From the NCBI GenBank assembly GCA_963719945.1, contig CAVRDX010000004.1:128001-192000 (forward strand): a stretch of 64,000 bases of DNA, given 5' to 3'. Both the position numbers and the translations under genes were made by a program. Positions 1-9,769 of the stretch are shown here, in pieces. Numbering within the stretch: the stretch's first letter is position 1; the number at the start of each line of letters is the position of its first letter. The notes under the pieces are model-generated. The model did not search any database. It saw only the letters and a list, made by a program, of their open reading frames with translations, and was not told where the DNA came from. The stretch comes from an uncultured Thermoplasmata archaeon (GTDB lineage: Archaea > Thermoplasmatota > Thermoplasmata > UBA10834).

Positions 1-178
1 TGGGGACGGTAGACTTTGTCAACTGAGTGGTCGGTGTTTGCTGGCTAGTACCTCCGAATCCCAGTACCATCACGTACAAGACGGCTGCTAGGACGACGGT
101 GATTGCGACCATCAGAATGGTAGCAATGACCGGAGACACTGCTTCGGCATCCTTGCGGATTGCCCAAATTCGCTTCAT
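1..178 (-). CDS. Archaeal type IV pilin (5' part only; runs off the window edge)
   Basis: Not in ORF track. Manual translation MKRIWAIRKDAEAVSPVIATILMVAITVVLAAVLYVMVLGFGGTSQQTPT... gives a class III signal peptide (A|VSPVIATILMVAITV) and hydrophobic helix. GGAGG lies upstream. Confidence 0.9.
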   Translation of the reverse strand, partial: MKRIWAIRKDAEAVSPVIATILMVAITVVLAAVLYVMVLGFGGTSQQTPTTQLTKSTVP

Positions 179-235
179 GTTATGTCCTCCTGCGAACCTT
201 TCGGCTCGCTTGAGTGTATTAACCGCCGAGTAGGG

Positions 236-250
236 TTTATATAGCTTTCC
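236..250 (-). promoter_or_regulatory. BRE/TATA promoter of the pilin gene
   Basis: Minus strand GGAAAGCTATATAAA, about 58 nt upstream of the ATG at 178. Confidence 0.65.
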
Positions 251-440
251 GACTGGTTATCATCCTCGAGCGTTCATGACTTCGCTCAATGCCGAAGTTG
301 AACATCTGGCTATGTCGCAAAATCATGTGTCTAAAGAAGACTATGTCTTCTTATTACAGTAATATCATTTAAATAACGTCGCTTTTTGCCGAAATGTCGC
401 CATATACATAACATCGTTACGGATTCAAGACATGCGATTC

Positions 441-1166
441 TCAACAGGTTCGGATACCCGTTTGGTCGAACGCACACGGCAGGATCCCCACAAGACCTGG
501 CCTGTTTCGGACCTTCTGCACGACGATGTACTTCTTGAACTCCTGCCCGATCTTCTCCCGGTCTAGTTCGAATATCACGTCTGCGAGGTCCTCGATGCTG
601 CTCTGTATGCGGGACTCGTGAACGCCTTTGAGCATCGTCATCAACGTGACGCTTTCCGAGTGCTGCGTGTGTGCCTTTATCGTGCGCATAGCCATGAGCA
701 CCTCCGAACTGTCATAGTTCTCCAGGAAGAAATCGAGTGAGTTGATGACCACTCTGAAAGGCGGGGTGATCTTGGATATCTCATACGCAAGGAATGTCAG
801 GAAGTTCTCCTCCTTGCCAGCGTTCTTGTCGCGAATCAGCTGGATATCCTCGAGCGTTATGCCTTCCTGCCTGAATTTGCTGATCTCCAGTTTCTTTGCG
901 AGCACGTTCTCGTAGTACTTTGTACCGATATTGACTATGTTGATATCCGTTCTCCACTCGTGCTCGCGCATTATGTTCATAACGTCTTCGTCTCTCTCCG
1001 TCGACGTGAAGTAGGTCACTGGCTCCTCTCCGGAGGACGCGAACTGCTTTGCGAAGAATTCCGCTCCCGAGCCAGGGTTCCCTACGACCAGGACGGTCGA
1101 TCCCTTCTGGACGCCTCCGCCCAGGTGGTCATTGAGGGCGGGTATTCCCATGCTCGTGAGGTTCAT
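441..1166 (-). CDS. KaiC/RAD55-like RecA-superfamily ATPase, degenerate Walker A
   Basis: SMGIPALNDHLGGG N-terminus; GNPGSGAE in place of GxxGxGKT; VINSLD; C-terminal VQKVRN. Confidence 0.8.
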   Translation of the reverse strand: MNLTSMGIPALNDHLGGGVQKGSTVLVVGNPGSGAEFFAKQFASSGEEPVTYFTSTERDEDVMNIMREHEWRTDINIVNIGTKYYENVLAKKLEISKFRQEGITLEDIQLIRDKNAGKEENFLTFLAYEISKITPPFRVVINSLDFFLENYDSSEVLMAMRTIKAHTQHSESVTLMTMLKGVHESRIQSSIEDLADVIFELDREKIGQEFKKYIVVQKVRNRPGLVGILPCAFDQTGIRTC

Positions 1167-1167
1167 C

Positions 1168-1758
1168 TCATTCCTCCTGCTTGCCGACTCGTATGCCCTG
1201 GTCGCAAACCAGGTTCACCAGGTTGACAATCTCAGGCGTTGAATGTTCTTCGACGGACAGGATGATCGTATATGCATCCTTCACCCTGAGTCCGGAAACC
1301 AATATGTGAAGGAACTCAGAGAGGATCCAATTGTTGTTGTGGATCGAGAGGGAGTTGATCGAATCGAGCACGACCAGCTTGTTCTTCGATTGAGACATCC
1401 GTATCAGATATTCGACCTTCAACATGATGTTCTCGAGCATCGTAGGGCTCTCGACCAGGGATGCGTGATCGTCCTTCTGCGCAGCCGAGGTCCCCATCAT
1501 TATGTGCGATATGCAGTCGACGAAGTATATGCGAGAGGTATCGATGTCGAGCGCGTCCAATACGCGTTTTATTGCCTCGAACGAGATCGTCGCCGTGACG
1601 TATATCGTATCCATGTCCTTCTTCTTGGCGAAGATGTCGAGCACTCCGCGCATGACCTCGAGATAGCTGTCGACGCTCATTTGCAGCGAGACTGCTGACC
1701 CTGGGGAGAGTTCGGACAGTTGCGCGGCTATCCCCTGTGGGGTATTAGCGTCACTCAT
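1168..1758 (-). CDS. Inactive RecA/KaiC-fold protein (DUF835/DUF7504-like)
   Basis: IYFVDCIS and VVLDSIN strands typical of P-loop-less KaiC-associated domains; sits between two KaiC-like genes. Confidence 0.6.
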   Translation of the reverse strand: MSDANTPQGIAAQLSELSPGSAVSLQMSVDSYLEVMRGVLDIFAKKKDMDTIYVTATISFEAIKRVLDALDIDTSRIYFVDCISHIMMGTSAAQKDDHASLVESPTMLENIMLKVEYLIRMSQSKNKLVVLDSINSLSIHNNNWILSEFLHILVSGLRVKDAYTIILSVEEHSTPEIVNLVNLVCDQGIRVGKQEE

Positions 1759-2510
1759 GTTCCAGCACTACCTCCTTTCAAGAGCGGCACGAGAAGCACC
1801 CCGACCGGCGTAAGATCCAGCACGTACTTCGCTCGGCTATGCATGGTCCCACGCATCTTGATCACCTGCAACGTGCGCAGGAGGTCACCTCTCCGCTCCA
1901 TATTCGCCATGAGCATGATGCCGTCGGCGATGGCTTCTTCGACGCCGAACGTGGAATATACATTAGAATGAGCGGCCACCTCGCTAACGAGTATCGATGT
2001 GCACTCAAGATCCGATAGCGTCTTGCTCAATTTGAGAACGAAATCACGTATCTTCTCCGGCGTCTTGAGCTTGTAACATATAGAAGTGATGGAATCTATG
2101 ACCAAACGCTTGGTCTTCAGCTCCCTGACCAGGCTGCTTATCGACGCGACGAGGAGGTCGATCTCCTCCATCGACAGTTCCGCCTTCGTCATGCCGAGCC
2201 GCTCATACATTGCGGGTAGGTCCACGAAGACCAGCTTACCGGATTTCAACAGGTTCCTATCAAAGAATCTGTATGGTATGATGTTCGCCAGAAGCTTCTC
2301 GGAGTTCTCCGTGACAGATAAGAACAACGAATTCTCGTTGTTCAGAGCGCCGTGAATGAGAAACTCAAGTGCGAGAGATGTCTTGCCAGTACCGCAGCTA
2401 CCCGTGAGAAGGACCGTGTTGTCTCGGGGTATGCCACCATACAACACGGTGTCAAGGCCGTCGATTCCAGTCACGCAGCGGACGCGATCACCAGTTCTCG
2501 GCTCCATCAT
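1755..2510 (-). CDS. KaiC-like ATPase (intact motifs)
   Basis: TGIDGLD..GG, Walker A GSCGTGKT, LVIDSIT, RTLQVIKMRG. Confidence 0.9.
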   Translation of the reverse strand: MMEPRTGDRVRCVTGIDGLDTVLYGGIPRDNTVLLTGSCGTGKTSLALEFLIHGALNNENSLFLSVTENSEKLLANIIPYRFFDRNLLKSGKLVFVDLPAMYERLGMTKAELSMEEIDLLVASISSLVRELKTKRLVIDSITSICYKLKTPEKIRDFVLKLSKTLSDLECTSILVSEVAAHSNVYSTFGVEEAIADGIMLMANMERRGDLLRTLQVIKMRGTMHSRAKYVLDLTPVGVLLVPLLKGGSAGT

Positions 2511-2619
2511 TCCTTATGAATACCGTGGTTCGCATATTATTGTTTCTTATGCGCGGGCACGTGCACATTGTTGGGTGATGCGACACTTTTTTATCGAGGC
2601 AGGTGAGTCATTCATCTTG

Positions 2620-3912
2620 ATGAAACCTGTACTTCAGGTCGCACTCGACCTTGTCCAAGGCGAGAGGGGCCTTGAGATCGCGAAGGAAGCAGTCAGTGGG
2701 GGTGTCGACTGGATAGAGGCGGGCACTCCGCTGATCAAGAGCGAGGGAGTGGAAATCATAAGAAAGCTCAAGAAGAGCTTTCCTTCAAATACTATAGTCG
2801 CCGACATGAAGACCATCGATGTCGGTGGAGCTGAGGTCGAGATAGCTGCGAAGTCAGGTGCTGACGTGGTGGTCATACTAGGGCTGTCTTCTGATCCCAC
2901 GATAACCGAGGCGGTTCTCAGCGCCAGGCAATATGGCGCGAAGATCATGGTCGACCTGTTCAACGTCAAGGATAAAGCCGCGAGGGCCAAGAGGGTCGAG
3001 GAGATGGGTGTCGATTATGTCTGCGTCCATGTTGGGGTGGACGAGCAGATGGTCGGAGGTTCTCCCCTTGGCGAACTCAAGAGCGTCGTTGAAGCGGTCA
3101 GGATCCCAGTTGCTGCCGCAGGTGGCATCAACAGCGAGACCGCACCTGATGTGGTGAACGCTGGTGCGATGATCGTCATCGTAGGCGGCGCCATAATCAA
3201 AGCGATGGATGTATCATCTGCGGCGAAGGCGGTCAAGGATGCAATGGTATCTGGCGAGAAGAAGATGTCCGAACTGTTCAGGAAATACTCCGCGGATGAG
3301 CTCTTCGAAGCTTTCTCGAAAGTATCGTCACCCAATGTGACCGATGCCCAACACAAGAGAGGCGCCATGAAGGGTATACTCCCCCGGATAGCTCACAACG
3401 TGAAGATGGTCGGGCGTGCCGTCACAGTCCAGACATTCAACGGAGACTGGGCGAAATCCGTGGAAGCTGTCGACCGCGCGTCCGAAGGCGATGTGATTGT
3501 GGTTGATGCCTGTGGCGGCGACATCGCGGTCTGGGGAGAACTGGCTTCGTGGAGCTGTAAAACGAAAGGACTCGCAGGCGTGGTCATCGATGGCGCCACG
3601 AGGGATGTCGACGCGATAATCGAAATGGGATTCCCCTGTTTCTCAAGACATATCTCTTCCAACGCCGGGGAGCCAAAGGGATATGGTGGCATAGGCCAGG
3701 AGATCGTGTGCGGCGGGATCACCGTCCGCACTGGCGATTGGGTGATCGGTGACGAGAGCGGCGTGGTCGTGGTTCCGCAGGAGAACGCCGTCGAGGTGGC
3801 GAACCGGGCATTGGATGTCATGGAGAGGGAGAACCGCGTTCGAGAGGAGATTAAGCGAGGCGGAACCCTCTCAAGTGTTCTTAAGCTGGAGAAATGGGAA
3901 AAGGTTGGTTGA
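2620..3912 (+). CDS. 3-hexulose-6-phosphate synthase fused to an RraA/HMG-aldolase-like domain
   Basis: LQVALD, IEAGTPLIK, VADMKTID and HVGVDEQ give the HPS barrel. C-terminal AVWGELA, VIDGATRD and VIGDESGVVVVP give RraA. Start moved to ATG 2620. Confidence 0.88.
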   Translation: MKPVLQVALDLVQGERGLEIAKEAVSGGVDWIEAGTPLIKSEGVEIIRKLKKSFPSNTIVADMKTIDVGGAEVEIAAKSGADVVVILGLSSDPTITEAVLSARQYGAKIMVDLFNVKDKAARAKRVEEMGVDYVCVHVGVDEQMVGGSPLGELKSVVEAVRIPVAAAGGINSETAPDVVNAGAMIVIVGGAIIKAMDVSSAAKAVKDAMVSGEKKMSELFRKYSADELFEAFSKVSSPNVTDAQHKRGAMKGILPRIAHNVKMVGRAVTVQTFNGDWAKSVEAVDRASEGDVIVVDACGGDIAVWGELASWSCKTKGLAGVVIDGATRDVDAIIEMGFPCFSRHISSNAGEPKGYGGIGQEIVCGGITVRTGDWVIGDESGVVVVPQENAVEVANRALDVMERENRVREEIKRGGTLSSVLKLEKWEKVG

Positions 3913-3924
3913 AGGTGTTTCTGA

Positions 3925-4800
3925 TCAGCCTATGAAGCCCGTCTCATCTGCGAGTTCGCGGAGACGCTTTATCCTCACACTCATCGGCGGGTGTGTCATG
4001 AATAACGAGATCATCATTCCGCCACCTCTGAAAGGGTTCACGATGAACAGCGAGGACGTTGCCGGGTTCCCACGCTGCATCGGCTTGCGCATGTTGCCCT
4101 TCTCGAGTTTATCGAGGGCGCGTGCGAGGGCGAGAGGGCGCTGGATCATCAATGCTCCTTCGCGGTCGGCCTTGTACTCCCTGTTACGAGATATGGCCAG
4201 CTGAATCAACATGGCCGCAATCGGGGCGGTCACGGCGACCACAAGCAGCAGAATCATGTTTCCGTTCCCCCTCCTGCCACCGAACATCGAGTTCCACAAG
4301 ACCATCCGAGCCGCGAATGATATGGCACCCGCGATAGTTGCAGCGACAGACATGACCAATATGTCCCTGTTCTTGACATGGGCCATCTCATGCGCGAGCA
4401 CACCTTCGAGCTCGTCGTCGCTCAAGAGCACCATTATCCCCTCAGTGGCCGCGACCACGGCATTCTTCTTGTTGCGGCCGGTCGCGAAGGCGTTCGGGTT
4501 CTGTGTCGGGACTATGGCGATCCTGGGCATCGGCAGATCGGCCTTGAGGCAGATGCCTCTGACCAGTTTGTGAAGTCTCGGTGCCTCCGCTTCGGAGACG
4601 ATCTTCGCACGGTATGACCATAATACTATCTTATCGCTCAGGAAATAGGATATGACATTCATGATAGCGGCGAGCCCGAGAAACAGCACTGCGCCGAGAA
4701 TCCAGTCATCCATGAAGTAGCCGCCCAACACGTAGCCGATGCCCATGAAGAGCAACATCAGCACCATGAAGAGCCCCATCGTTCGCAAATTGGCGTTCAT
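3925..4800 (-). CDS. htpX: Membrane zinc metalloprotease HtpX (M48)
   Basis: PNAFATG, AHEMAH, SRNREYKAD, THPP. Confidence 0.95.
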   Translation of the reverse strand: MNANLRTMGLFMVLMLLFMGIGYVLGGYFMDDWILGAVLFLGLAAIMNVISYFLSDKIVLWSYRAKIVSEAEAPRLHKLVRGICLKADLPMPRIAIVPTQNPNAFATGRNKKNAVVAATEGIMVLLSDDELEGVLAHEMAHVKNRDILVMSVAATIAGAISFAARMVLWNSMFGGRRGNGNMILLLVVAVTAPIAAMLIQLAISRNREYKADREGALMIQRPLALARALDKLEKGNMRKPMQRGNPATSSLFIVNPFRGGGMMISLFMTHPPMSVRIKRLRELADETGFIG

Positions 4801-5028
4801 TCTCTACCTCACCCCAGTATAGATATTAGCAGTTCCATGCTTTGAGGGCAATCACACAAGGGGCAGATAAGAATGTTTCGACGTGAAGCCATCCGATTTC
4901 GACGAAAATGATACTCTGACTCGACCATTTTGGGTTGTTGATACGTATATATTTATTGGGAATGACAGCTTTCCACCAAAGGTGGCCAAGGCCACCTAGT
5001 AACCGATCATCACCTGAAAGGTGTTATA

Positions 5029-6492
5029 ATGGATACTTCGAACGATGAACTTGAGAGGAGAATGTACAGCCATGATCTCGCCCCACTCCCGAAGGAGATG
5101 GATGTGATATTCAAGACCATGCCGGATCAGGTAGTAAGACCGGGCTACACGGAAGAAGTTGTCCAGATGGTCAAGAAGGCCATCGCGACGAGGAAACCGA
5201 TCGTGCCTAGGGGAGCTGGAACCTGGGGACTTGGCGGATCCGTGCCCGTCAAGGGTGGCATCGTCCTCGACATGACCGCCATGAACAAGATCATCTCAAT
5301 AGACGAGAAGAATCTCGTCGTCACCGTTCAGCCTGGCATCACCTGGAAGGCTCTGGCCGATTCTCTGGACGAGAAGGGATTGTTCCTCCCTTGCTATCCA
5401 AGCAGCGCACCATCCGCGACAATAGGCGGATGGATTGGGACCGGAGGGACCGGTATAGGCGCGTACAAATACGGTAGCGCTGGAGATATCATCAGAGACC
5501 TCGAGGTGGTCCTTCCGACCGGTGCGGTCGTTCACACAGGAGATAAGTTCGTGTCATCCAACGGAGGCGGCCCGAATCTGAACTGGCTATTCGTTGGATC
5601 CGAAGGAATCCTCGGCGTTGTGACTGAAGTCACTCTGTCCATAGTACCCAAGCCAGCAGAGTTCAGAGTAGTCGCATATTCTTTCGAGAGCCTGTCCAAG
5701 TTCGCGCCTGCGATGAGGAAGGTCACGAGGACGAACGTCGCCCCCATGCACATCATGTTCGGCGACCGTGAGCATTTCGAGTATTTGAGAGCGGTCGGAA
5801 AGCACGCTCCAGATGTCGGCTGCATGATCACGATGGCACTGACTGGCTCGAAGGAATCGGTCGATGTCGAGGAGAAGACGCTCGATGAGATAATGGCCTC
5901 ATCCGAAGGTACCAAGATGCCGAAGGACGTGGCAGATCACGAATGGTCAGAGAGGAGCTATGAGTTCAGGGTAAGGGAGATGGGTGTCGGCGCGATACCT
6001 GGAGAGATACTGATCCCCATCGAGAACTTCGAAAAGGTCCTGTCGAAGATGCAGAAGCTCGTGAAAGAGATGAAGCTCAAGGCACCGACCATAGGCACCA
6101 TCGCGGACAACAACACCGTCATGTTGATGCCCTACTACCTCACGGATGAGCACAACTTCCTGCGCTCGACTGCAGCAATGGGCTTTGGCAAGAAGCTCGG
6201 CGACATTGCATTCGAGAACGGAGGAAGACCTGTGGGCCTGGGCATATTCTTCGCGGGCAACCTTGCCAAATACCGTGGCAAGGAGGGCGCTGAGCTGATA
6301 AGGTCGATCAAGGCCATGATGGATCCGAACGACATAATGAACCCAGGGAAGCTGGTCGAGACGGGAACCAGATATGGCATATCCCTTCCTGCATTCATGA
6401 TGAACTTCGGGATGAACATGATGGCAGGAATGAAGCGGCTCATGCCAAGGGACAAGGTAGGAGAGAGAGAAATCGCGAAACTGAAGAAGTAG
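5029..6492 (+). CDS. FAD-binding oxidoreductase (GlcD/D-lactate dehydrogenase-like, VAO family)
   Basis: PRGAGT..GG, ATIGGWIGTGG, GSEGILGVVTE, DPNDIMNPGK. Confidence 0.85.
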   Translation: MDTSNDELERRMYSHDLAPLPKEMDVIFKTMPDQVVRPGYTEEVVQMVKKAIATRKPIVPRGAGTWGLGGSVPVKGGIVLDMTAMNKIISIDEKNLVVTVQPGITWKALADSLDEKGLFLPCYPSSAPSATIGGWIGTGGTGIGAYKYGSAGDIIRDLEVVLPTGAVVHTGDKFVSSNGGGPNLNWLFVGSEGILGVVTEVTLSIVPKPAEFRVVAYSFESLSKFAPAMRKVTRTNVAPMHIMFGDREHFEYLRAVGKHAPDVGCMITMALTGSKESVDVEEKTLDEIMASSEGTKMPKDVADHEWSERSYEFRVREMGVGAIPGEILIPIENFEKVLSKMQKLVKEMKLKAPTIGTIADNNTVMLMPYYLTDEHNFLRSTAAMGFGKKLGDIAFENGGRPVGLGIFFAGNLAKYRGKEGAELIRSIKAMMDPNDIMNPGKLVETGTRYGISLPAFMMNFGMNMMAGMKRLMPRDKVGEREIAKLKK

Positions 6493-6521
6493 GCGCACCC
6501 AGCGCCTCCTCTCACACAATC

Positions 6522-7094
6522 TTACTTGGGCAGTCGTATTGATTTTCTGACATAGTGAGCTAGTACGAACCCGAGCGTCCCGCCGATTGCGACCTGTGGG
6601 ATGTTGATGGTGAGCAGTTCTGTGAGGGCAGCACCCTGGCCCATGTCGAGCAGGTATACTTCAGCCAGATAGTATATCGATACCATGCAGACACCGCCAC
6701 AGAAGATGCCCAGCACGGATGACCACTTCTTACCGCCATTCAACTTGGATATCAGGCCAGCCACACATCCCTCAACGCCCTTCGCAGTGAGCGTTATCGG
6801 GGCGAAGGCGCCGTAGCCGATTATCACGTCTGCGATTGCCGAGCCGACGCCACCGCATATCGCACCGGCCCTCCAGCCGAATACTAGGGCGGAGAAGAAC
6901 ACCATCGCTTCTCCGAGGTTGAAGTAACCTTTCGTAGGAGGAAACGGTATGACTGTGAGGATGGTCACCGCGGCTGTCAGTGCCGTGAGGACACCGTAGA
7001 CTGCAACTGTCTTCGGAGAAACGAAATTGGCCTTTGGCATTTCCTCTAGTGGCGGCTGGTTACCCGGTGGACCTTGAGGATTGTCTTCTGTCAT
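6522..7094 (-). CDS. ECF transporter S component
   Basis: About 6 TM segments; GYFNLGE..VF; GSAIAD; downstream of ecfA-ecfA-ecfT. Confidence 0.85.
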   Translation of the reverse strand: MTEDNPQGPPGNQPPLEEMPKANFVSPKTVAVYGVLTALTAAVTILTVIPFPPTKGYFNLGEAMVFFSALVFGWRAGAICGGVGSAIADVIIGYGAFAPITLTAKGVEGCVAGLISKLNGGKKWSSVLGIFCGGVCMVSIYYLAEVYLLDMGQGAALTELLTINIPQVAIGGTLGFVLAHYVRKSIRLPK

Positions 7095-7172
7095 GCCGAA
7101 GACCGCAAGATGCGGCAAACTACATAAAGTCTGACAGGGCGATGGGGCGATTTGCGCACGCGATTTACGAAA

Positions 7173-7961
7173 TCAGAAGGCCACACCATAGACGATCTTC
7201 GCAACTGCAGGGATGGCAAAAATGAGTATCACGACGGCGAGTGTGACTATGTCCGAACGATTCATGCGTATCTCCCGCATGTATGTCCGGTCCTTTCGTG
7301 CACCATAGGCTCTTGACTGGAGAGACAGTGAGAGTGTCTCGGCGGTCTTCAACGCGTAGACTATCGCGGGGACCAGGACGGCGATATAGTTCTTGGATCT
7401 GCGGATGACGGAGCCCTTGTCGAACTCCAGCCCGCGTGCGCGCTGAGCATCTTTGATGGATTCGATTGTGAATCCGAAGGTCGGGATGAATCTCAGAGAT
7501 ATCGCGAGCGCAAGCCCATAGTCGTATCTCAAGCCCATCTTGACGAGGGCACGCACAAGGTCACGTTGAGTTGTAGTGAACATGAGTATGTACCAGACGG
7601 TCGCGAGACATCCGATCCGGATCGCAGATGTCAACCCCCTCCAGATTGCTGGTTCGGTTATCTTGATCGGGCCGAGTGTAGCCAATACCGGGAGCCCAGA
7701 TTGGTCAAAGAACGGCCAAAGGATGGTGATAAGAACCATCAATCGCAACACGAACTTCAACGCGAAGTACGCCTTGCTGAAGGTCGATCGGGTCAAGTAC
7801 AGCAACAGGATGATGAAGCAGAGCAGAGTGAACAAAGGGATCAGACTCGTCATGATGAGACCCAGCAGGCTGAGGAACAGGACTGCGAGTATCTTCACAC
7901 GAGGATCGAGCCTGTGGAGAAATGTGTCTCGGGCCGTGTAGAGATCGAACACACCTTTCAT
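7173..7961 (-). CDS. ecfT: ECF transporter T component
   Basis: LHRLDPRVK, LRFIP, AQRARG, SRAY. Confidence 0.93.
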   Translation of the reverse strand: MKGVFDLYTARDTFLHRLDPRVKILAVLFLSLLGLIMTSLIPLFTLLCFIILLLYLTRSTFSKAYFALKFVLRLMVLITILWPFFDQSGLPVLATLGPIKITEPAIWRGLTSAIRIGCLATVWYILMFTTTQRDLVRALVKMGLRYDYGLALAISLRFIPTFGFTIESIKDAQRARGLEFDKGSVIRRSKNYIAVLVPAIVYALKTAETLSLSLQSRAYGARKDRTYMREIRMNRSDIVTLAVVILIFAIPAVAKIVYGVAF

Positions 7962-8812
7962 CTGGACTCATACCTCCGAGATAATTCGAACACGAATTCC
8001 TCCGATGTGAGGAGATCGCGCGAAATACCTATCGAAGAAATCCTGCGGGCCAGTAGAGTCACTGGCGGTGGAAGGAGTCTGCTCGTCTTCAATATTTCCG
8101 GATCGGAGAAAGCACCGCGGACATCGGAATCGAGCAGGATGTGCCCATCGGAAAGGATGATTACACGATCCGCGTGCTCGGCCACCAGTTTCATCTCATG
8201 AGTGATGAGGATGATGGTCCTCCCGTCTGCGTTCAACTTACGAATCAGCGCCATTAGTTCCGATGATTCGTCCGCATCTAAACCGGTCGTGGGTTCGTCG
8301 AGTATCATGACCTGAGGCGTCATCGCCACGATCGACGCGATAGTGACTCGACGACGTTCACTGAGACTCAGAGAGAAAGGCGACTTTGTCTTGAGCGAGG
8401 AAATGCCCATCAGAGATAGAGCGCGCTCCATGCGTTCCCTTGACTCCTCGAGTCCGATCCCGAGATTCTTCGGGCCGAACATCACCTCGTCCTCGACGCT
8501 CGTACAGAATAGTTGATGATCTGGGTTCTGGAAGCAGTAGCCGACCGTTTTCGACAATTCGGCTATCGATTGGCTCTCCGCGGGAACACCCGAGATCTTG
8601 ATTGAACCGCCCGATGGTCGAAGCAAACCATTCATGAGTTTGGCAAGGGTAGTCTTCCCCGAACCGTTCCCACCCACTATTGCGAGGAATTCACCGCTGG
8701 ATACCATGAGTGAAACGCTCCGAAGAGCCTCCACACCAGCGTCGTATGTGAATCCCACATTATCCATCTCGATCATTCTTTTGGATCGGTCGGCGCTCGG
8801 CCTAGGTATCAT
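7958..8812 (-). CDS. ecfA: ECF transporter ATPase
   Basis: GGNGSGKT, FQNPDHQ, ILDEPT. Confidence 0.92.
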   Translation of the reverse strand: MIPRPSADRSKRMIEMDNVGFTYDAGVEALRSVSLMVSSGEFLAIVGGNGSGKTTLAKLMNGLLRPSGGSIKISGVPAESQSIAELSKTVGYCFQNPDHQLFCTSVEDEVMFGPKNLGIGLEESRERMERALSLMGISSLKTKSPFSLSLSERRRVTIASIVAMTPQVMILDEPTTGLDADESSELMALIRKLNADGRTIILITHEMKLVAEHADRVIILSDGHILLDSDVRGAFSDPEILKTSRLLPPPVTLLARRISSIGISRDLLTSEEFVFELSRRYESR

Positions 8813-9690
8813 CTCGTATCACCGATCCTCGGAAATGACGGGGCTCTCGACAACAGTTCGGCCTCGGCCTCGTCAAGGGTAGTAAAGGAAAAATCGGCAC
8901 CGGTCAGTCTAGAATTCAACAGAGATGCGATCTCGAATATCTGGGGAGGCGGAACACGAATCGTTCGGAAATTACTGATGTCACTGAGTATCTCGGATGG
9001 AGGAGCCACCTTGAGTATACGACCGGAACTCATAAGCACGACCTTGTCCGAGAACTCGAGTATGTTTTCCGAATCACGATCCATCAGCAGGACTGCCATC
9101 CCATGCCTTTCGGTCAACGAACGAAGAAGAGCGTACAGCTCTATCCTGCCCACTGGGTCGAGCGCATAGGCCGGTTCATCGAGAACCAGCATCTTCGGGC
9201 GCATGGCGAGTGCGGCGGCGATTGCGAGGCGTTGTTTCTGACCACCTGAGAGCGTTGCTGGGGAGCGGTCGTTGAATCCTTTGAGACCTACAAGATCAAG
9301 CGCCCATTCCACGCGCTTGCATATCTCATCTGAAGGCACCGCGAGGTTCTCTGGGCCGAACGCCACCTCCTCTTCCACGCTCATGCAGAATAACTGGCTC
9401 TCAGGCTCTTGGAAGACCAAACCGATCAGGGTAGAGAGCTGGGTGACTTTGTGCTTGGATGTATTGTACCCGAATACTTCGACGGAGCCTTCGAGGGTGC
9501 CTCTGATTGCATGAGGGATCAGACCGTTCGATAACATGGCGAGAGTTGTCTTGCCGGCGCCATTGGCGCCAAGGACCGTCACGAACTCGCCTTCATCGAT
9601 CGTAACAGAGATGTTGTCGAGTGCGCGTCCTTCCGCGCCCTCATAGACGAAGCTGACTCCGTTCATCTTTAACGCATGCATCAGATGCAC
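8809..9690 (-). CDS. ecfA: ECF transporter ATPase
   Basis: GANGAGKT, FQEPESQ, LSGGQKQR, VLDEP. Confidence 0.92.
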   Translation of the reverse strand: MHLMHALKMNGVSFVYEGAEGRALDNISVTIDEGEFVTVLGANGAGKTTLAMLSNGLIPHAIRGTLEGSVEVFGYNTSKHKVTQLSTLIGLVFQEPESQLFCMSVEEEVAFGPENLAVPSDEICKRVEWALDLVGLKGFNDRSPATLSGGQKQRLAIAAALAMRPKMLVLDEPAYALDPVGRIELYALLRSLTERHGMAVLLMDRDSENILEFSDKVVLMSSGRILKVAPPSEILSDISNFRTIRVPPPQIFEIASLLNSRLTGADFSFTTLDEAEAELLSRAPSFPRIGDTR

Positions 9691-9769
9691 TGGTCCCGTC
9701 CGTCCAATCGGAGGGGTTCTGTATTAAACCTTTGTCGATTCACAGGAGCCAGAAGGCAACGGGCATGGT

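Noticed and set aside
27-233. 68-aa + strand ORF
   Set aside because: Antisense shadow of the pilin gene.
2620-3912. HPS-RraA fusion as a novelty or as evidence of methylotrophy
   Set aside because: Known archaeal fusion; archaea commonly use HPS in reverse RuMP pentose synthesis.
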